64,000 nt of DNA from Macrostomum lignano (lineage: Eukaryota), in contig NIVC01002256.1 in the NCBI GenBank assembly GCA_002269645.1, positions 193,828-257,827 on the forward strand, given 5' to 3'. A program made the position numbers and the translations under genes. Positions 58,707-64,000 of the stretch are shown piece after piece. Numbering within the stretch: position 1 is the first letter of the stretch; every line of letters begins with the position of its first letter. Below the pieces are notes generated by a model. That model was not told where the DNA came from. It saw only the letters and a list, made by a program, of their open reading frames with translations, and ran no database searches.

Positions 58707-60519
58707 TTTTAAAATTGGCATTATTTGATTGCCTGTCTGGAATATAAATTATGCATTATCTTTTTTAGCTAGAGAATTCTTCTTATAAATTCATAATTGC
58801 CTTTTAATTTTACTCTTAAGCTGAGGCAGGCTGCTAGTGTTACTGCTAGGCCTATTACTACTATTAGTAAAGTATTAAAGTTGCCTAATAGTATTATTAT
58901 TATTAGACATGAAGGTATAATATTTATTTTATTATGACATTAGGCTTTAAAGTTTAAATTAGGGTATTAAGCCTAAGTATTTTAGATATATCTATCAAGT
59001 GCTTTGTAAAAGTTTAGTAAAGGCTTTAGTCTTTAGAATTTAGAACTTTTCTAACAATACAATAGTGCATAATATTCTATTGTAGGCCTATCCTTACATT
59101 TAATTATTTGCTTTGAAATTTTAGTTACTATTTAGTTTATTGATAAATACTATAATAGATTTAATAGAAAGATTAATTAAGTTTAACAGATAAATTGATA
59201 ATTATCAACTAGTAAAACTGGTAAATGGAAATCTTAGGCCTATAAATAAAGAGTTGTGCAATAAAACAGCAATAAAAATGTTGTGGATATAGGTAAATAG
59301 GCAGACATGGTTTTAAGTGTATTTACCAATAATGTTTTTGAGTAAATGAGTCTACTGCATTTGATTTGCACTGACTCTATAGTCAGGAAGATAGCCTTTT
59401 TCATGGAAAATTTAGGAGTAAAAAGGGGTTAGATATGCACTGTGCCAGCACAATATGGCACAAGAAAAAAAATTGCACTTTTTGTGCAAGACAAAATCTT
59501 ATGACCAGACAATATTTTCTCTAATAGAAAATTAGCATGTAATTTATTTTTATTGGCATTTTTTGTTTGCCAGTGTATTGAGAGCTTTTTTAATTAATTT
59601 ATGTAAACTTAGCATTTTCCATGAAAGAGATTCAAATACAAGTTTTATTAGTATTTTTCAAATGGCAAATTATTGATTTTTGCATTTTTTTCAAAAAGTT
59701 ATAGTACATGTAGTGCAATCAAACTTTTTTGATAGGATTTGTTCTGGCATAGGCATGCTATGATCTTGACTATGGCACTGACTGGCAATGGCCATTGACT
59801 AAGTCTACCTATCTAGTAGGCAGTCACAAGCATTTTATCTATTGTCTTTTCATTTCTTGATATAAAAATATATACTTTATAACAAAAGAAATTAATTTTA
59901 GTTCCATCCATATACTAAAAATAGTCCATTGATATCTATCTAAGTAAGGTAGGTAGATATATTATTAATTAGAAAAAAATGGCTTAACCAGTTTTCTCCA
60001 AACTTGCACTATTCAATTAGATTTTTTTCTGTAATGGTACATTGATTGTGGCTAAGAAATTGCTCAATGTTAAAGGGATTAAATATTCAAAAACATGCTT
60101 TTTGCAACTTTTCAAGCAAGGTCAAGCAACTTTTCAACTTTATTGTATTGTAAGAATACTAAAGAAAAAACTGACTGGCCAAATTCTAATTGCGATAAAG
60201 GTTGCATTATACTAGTCTTTTTATTGTCTGTGTACTGACTGAATTTTTACTCTGAATTGAATTGTGTCAATGTTGAAAAGACACAACAGTGTAGAAGCAT
60301 AGCATAAGACTTGATTTAGATCACATTATTAATTGACAACTTTACTTGAAACTGATTTGGTATAAGTGTCAAATTATAAATGCTGCAATTCGTTTAATAA
60401 ATTCAACAAGAGCTAGCCTAGATGTGAACAAATTGAAATGCTAATGCAAAAACCTAGGTTCAAATCTTACTGATGTAAATTTTTTATTAAAAGCTTTTCT
60501 TAAAGAATTTATTGAAAAC

Positions 60520-61310
60520 AATGATTATTGCACTTGATGAGAAATGGATTGTTACACTAGCTGAGACATGGATTATTGCCATTGATGTATAAAGGATTAC
60601 TGCACTTTGAGTTGATAAGACAATGATTATTGCACTTTATGAGTAAAGGATTATTGCACTTGATGAGACATTGATTATTGCACTTTATGAGTAAAGGATT
60701 ATTGCACTAGCTAAGTCATGAATTGTTACATTTGATGAGCAAATGATTATTGCACTTGCTGAGATATCAATTATTGCATTTAATAAGACAATGATTATTG
60801 CACTAGATAAGTAAAATATTATTGCACTAGATAGAAAAAAATTATTACACTGTACTGACTGGAAAAAAACTATTGCATTAGCTAAGACATATATTATTAA
60901 ATTACCTGAGAAAGTGATTATTGCATTAGCCAAGGAAATAGTTGCACTAGCTATCTGGTAGGTGCTTGCTATCTGGTAGGTACTTGCTATCTGGTAGATA
61001 TTTGCTATCTAGAGGATGCTTGATATTTGGGGGTTGCTTGCTATTTTATTTGCGGTGAGGGTACTTCTTATTGTATTTGGATAGGAGGATGCTTGCTATC
61101 AAAGTATGCTTGCTATCTGGGCATGCTTGCTTTTGGGGGTGCTTACTATTAGGGGATGCTTGATATTGGGGAGACACGAGGCTTGCTCTTGGGGAGAGGG
61201 GATACTTGCTAATCTGGGGAATGTTTGCTATCTAGGAGGATGCTTGCTATCTAGGTTAATTTCTATCTGGGGGATGCTTGCTGTCTTGGGGATGTTTTCT
61301 ATTTAGGGGA
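60520..61310 (+). repeat. Two degenerate intergenic minisatellites (~29-bp ATGATTATTGCACTTGATGAG-like, then ~17-bp TGCTTGCTATCTGGGG-like)
   Basis: Diverged tandem copies. Confidence 0.75.
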
Positions 61311-64000
61311 AAGGCTTTCTATTTTTGTGAAGGCCTAATATTGTTGTCTTGTTATTTTTATTAAATAAGGTGATTTATAAAACTGAAGAAATAACTTTAA
61401 TTGTTCTTAAGAAAATGTTCTTTTAAATAGACTTGCATGAAAATTTTTTGATTCTTGCTTATTGGGTGGCCCAAAGGGGGCACTAGATTGCTAGTAATTC
61501 TATGGCTTACTTTTCATAACACAATTTATGAGTTATACAAAAATTTATAGTTATATATCATTTTTATATGTAGTTTTATTTGTCACATATTTTAGACAAA
61601 TGGGATAGCCCATTGTATAATATTTAAATATCAGGAAAAGTGGTTGTTGCAGTTTAGGCTATTAGTTTATTATTGCTATGCTTTGTAGATTTACTAGGTT
61701 TAGTTGGTAGGTCATTGCCACTAATCACTAACATCCTAGTATGTTAGTGATTAAAGAACTGTCAAGACACCAATGTAGTATTTTTAATTCAACACAAACT
61801 TTTAAAAGAAAGAAAAGAAACATTATGATACAAAAGAGTGGTTTGTTACATTAATTCCCCTTTTACCTTAAATTTTTCTAAGTGCTTGGGCAAGACTCCT
61901 AGTGAGAGGCAAGATTCCTCTTTGTGCATTCTAACTCTATTCCCCTACCCCCTTTACCTTTAACTTCCTTAAATTCTGAGTTGAGTTGCAGAATGTAGCA
62001 TAGGTGTTCAGGTAGGCTTTGTTTTCCCAGGAGCCCAACTGTTCTATATTAGTAAAGAGCCCAAAAATTTGTGGTTTACCACTGCCATAATTACCTTCAT
62101 AAATAAATAAATAAATAATATATAAATAAAAGCATATTTATCCTGTGTCTAGATTCTGCCCCTAAACTATGCCCTCCTACATATCTAATAAGAAGACCAT
62201 TTTAATTTTAACCAATCTTCTAGTTCCCAGTGAGCGGAGCGAACGCGCGAGGCACAAAGTGCCGAGCATGAGGAACAAACAGCCAGCCAATGCGCGAAGC
62301 GCATTGGGTGGTCTGGCTTGTGACGAATATAATAATATGAGACGTGTGCATCGAAAAAATGACAAGAAAAATCTCACAAAAACTGCTGTAACTTCAAAAC
62401 TACAAGTGCGAATTTCACAAGTGAGGTGTCATTTTAAAGAGAAGAATCTGATCTATTTAACGAGTATAGTTTTGTATGGATTCACTGCGGAGAAAAGGAA
62501 CAGGCTTCAGTTGAAATGTTTGTCTTAAGATTATGTCTTTACAAAAGTGCATTTCCTCATGCACATTAAAACTCGAGCTAAAAATGTTCGAGGGTTATAG
62601 GTGCGCCTTACTAAGATGCATAACATTATTGGGTTGTTTTTTTCAATTGTATCAAAAAGTTGGCACTTTGGTTGCAAAAAATGCAAAAATTGAAAATGTA
62701 CTTTTACAGTTTTTTGCATTTTTTTCTATACTGCTAATAGTTAAGCATACATACTATGCACCAATTGATGCGCAATTCAAAGATACACAAGTGTGGAAGT
62801 TTTCAATTCTTAAACATTTGAAATCAGAAAGTTATCGATGAAAGACTAAAAATCATGATCTCAAACTGATTTGAGGAAAAGTGCTCATTATAATTTTTGG
62901 AATATGGAAGAAACAATTCAACGCCGTCATCTAATTCCAAACTAACTGTACTTTAAGGTACTGCGATGATTTTTTTATTGAAAGAGCGAAACCTGTTTAA
63001 ATATTTGAAAAATGGAAAAAAAGTACATTTTTTCATAGAAATACACTCTTTTGACTGCTTAATCCGATTTCCAACAACAAAATAGTTGCTTTCCTGCTGG
63101 TGCAAACCGTTATTACAGTGAATTTTCAAAATTGCATACTGTGCCAAAAGTAAACTGAAGCTTAATATTTATAAACATTAGAAACGGGACCACTAATGGG
63201 TATTTTACTTTGGTTACTTACTATGGACTAAACTGGCACTGGCAGAGACAGATTTGAGAGAAACTAATTGCTCCATTGTATTTGTATTTGGCTCCAGCGT
63301 TACAAATTACAATAGCTATTTCGGGGTCTAACCGGCTAAGTTATCAAAAAAGCTAGATACCAATCACCAGTTTCATCATCAGCTATACCTACCACGATTT
63401 TATAGTCACATGCAACAGTAATACCCTCCTTTAAAAGTTTTCAATATCTAAAATGATGTGTTAAATTTTATAAAATTTCATAAACAGTGAAATTTTAGCT
63501 GTTTACGTGCTGGTGGTTTGAACGTAGCTACTTTGTGCGAAAATACACTGTCATTAATACCGTACCTATTATTGTATTTATTGTATTGAAAGTTGATGTG
63601 TAAATTGTACTTTTCTATTTTTTTGTCATTCGTTATCGCACTCGGGCCGGCCTGCCTGCCTTGTGGGGTGTGGTGGCCTTGGCCACTTTCTCCCCCTTCT
63701 GCTAGGATCCAAAGCAAGCTTTCAAGTGTACATTTAATATTATCGATCGATTATTTAAAACAAGCCTCTAGTGGCTGGTGTTGAGAGTGAGTGGCCTTGA
63801 GTGTACGCGAAAGCAAGAGGAAGCCCATGGGCGGACTATATGAACCTTCCTTTAGTGGAAAGTTGGGCCTTGTGCATTGGATAGTGTACGCTACACAAGA
63901 CAGAAGGTAAAGAAAAAGAGAACGACAGGCTAGCCAATAGCGATAGCATGTGCTTCTTTCTCTCCAGTCCACTATGGTAGGGGGGGGAGGGGGGTGTCAG

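Noticed and set aside
62150-64000. Short ORFs and transposon-like sequence at the window end
   Set aside because: No TIR pair, TSD, splice-consistent exon chain or domain could be identified.

Overview
Eukaryotic, intron-rich genomic window with no prokaryotic features (no CRISPR, rRNA or convincing tRNA). GC/CpG-rich exons, poly-Ala/Gln tracts, minisatellite-filled introns and splice-acceptor-like sites just before start codons resemble a free-living flatworm genome such as Macrostomum; this is inference, not shown by the sequence. Eight spliced genes were reconstructed by hand from GT-AG sites and reading phase: a Gab/DOS-type PH adaptor (+, 5' partial, one 1-nt frameshift), CSTPP1/C11orf49 (-), centrin (-), a Goliath/RNF150-type PA-TM-RING ligase (+), a divergent 2xBIR-RING IAP (-), RBBP4/7 (+) and a head-to-head pair of paralogous tetraspanins. 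Regions 30.3-39.6 kb and 53-64 kb are gene-free and hold three TIR elements with target-site duplications plus decayed repeats with CpG loss. Most notable: (1) a 60-bp VNTR built from the CSTPP1 exon-3 splice acceptor, giving five decoy acceptors that all lead to premature stops; (2) a possible trans-spliced centrin-CSTPP1 centriolar operon; (3) 21 of 26 introns each carry their own tandem array; (4) one minisatellite occurs as an inverted pair around the convergent 3' ends of the RING ligase and IAP genes; (5) a 4.47-kb Merlin- or MULE-like element. Most long ORFs in the supplied track are by-products of tandem repeats.
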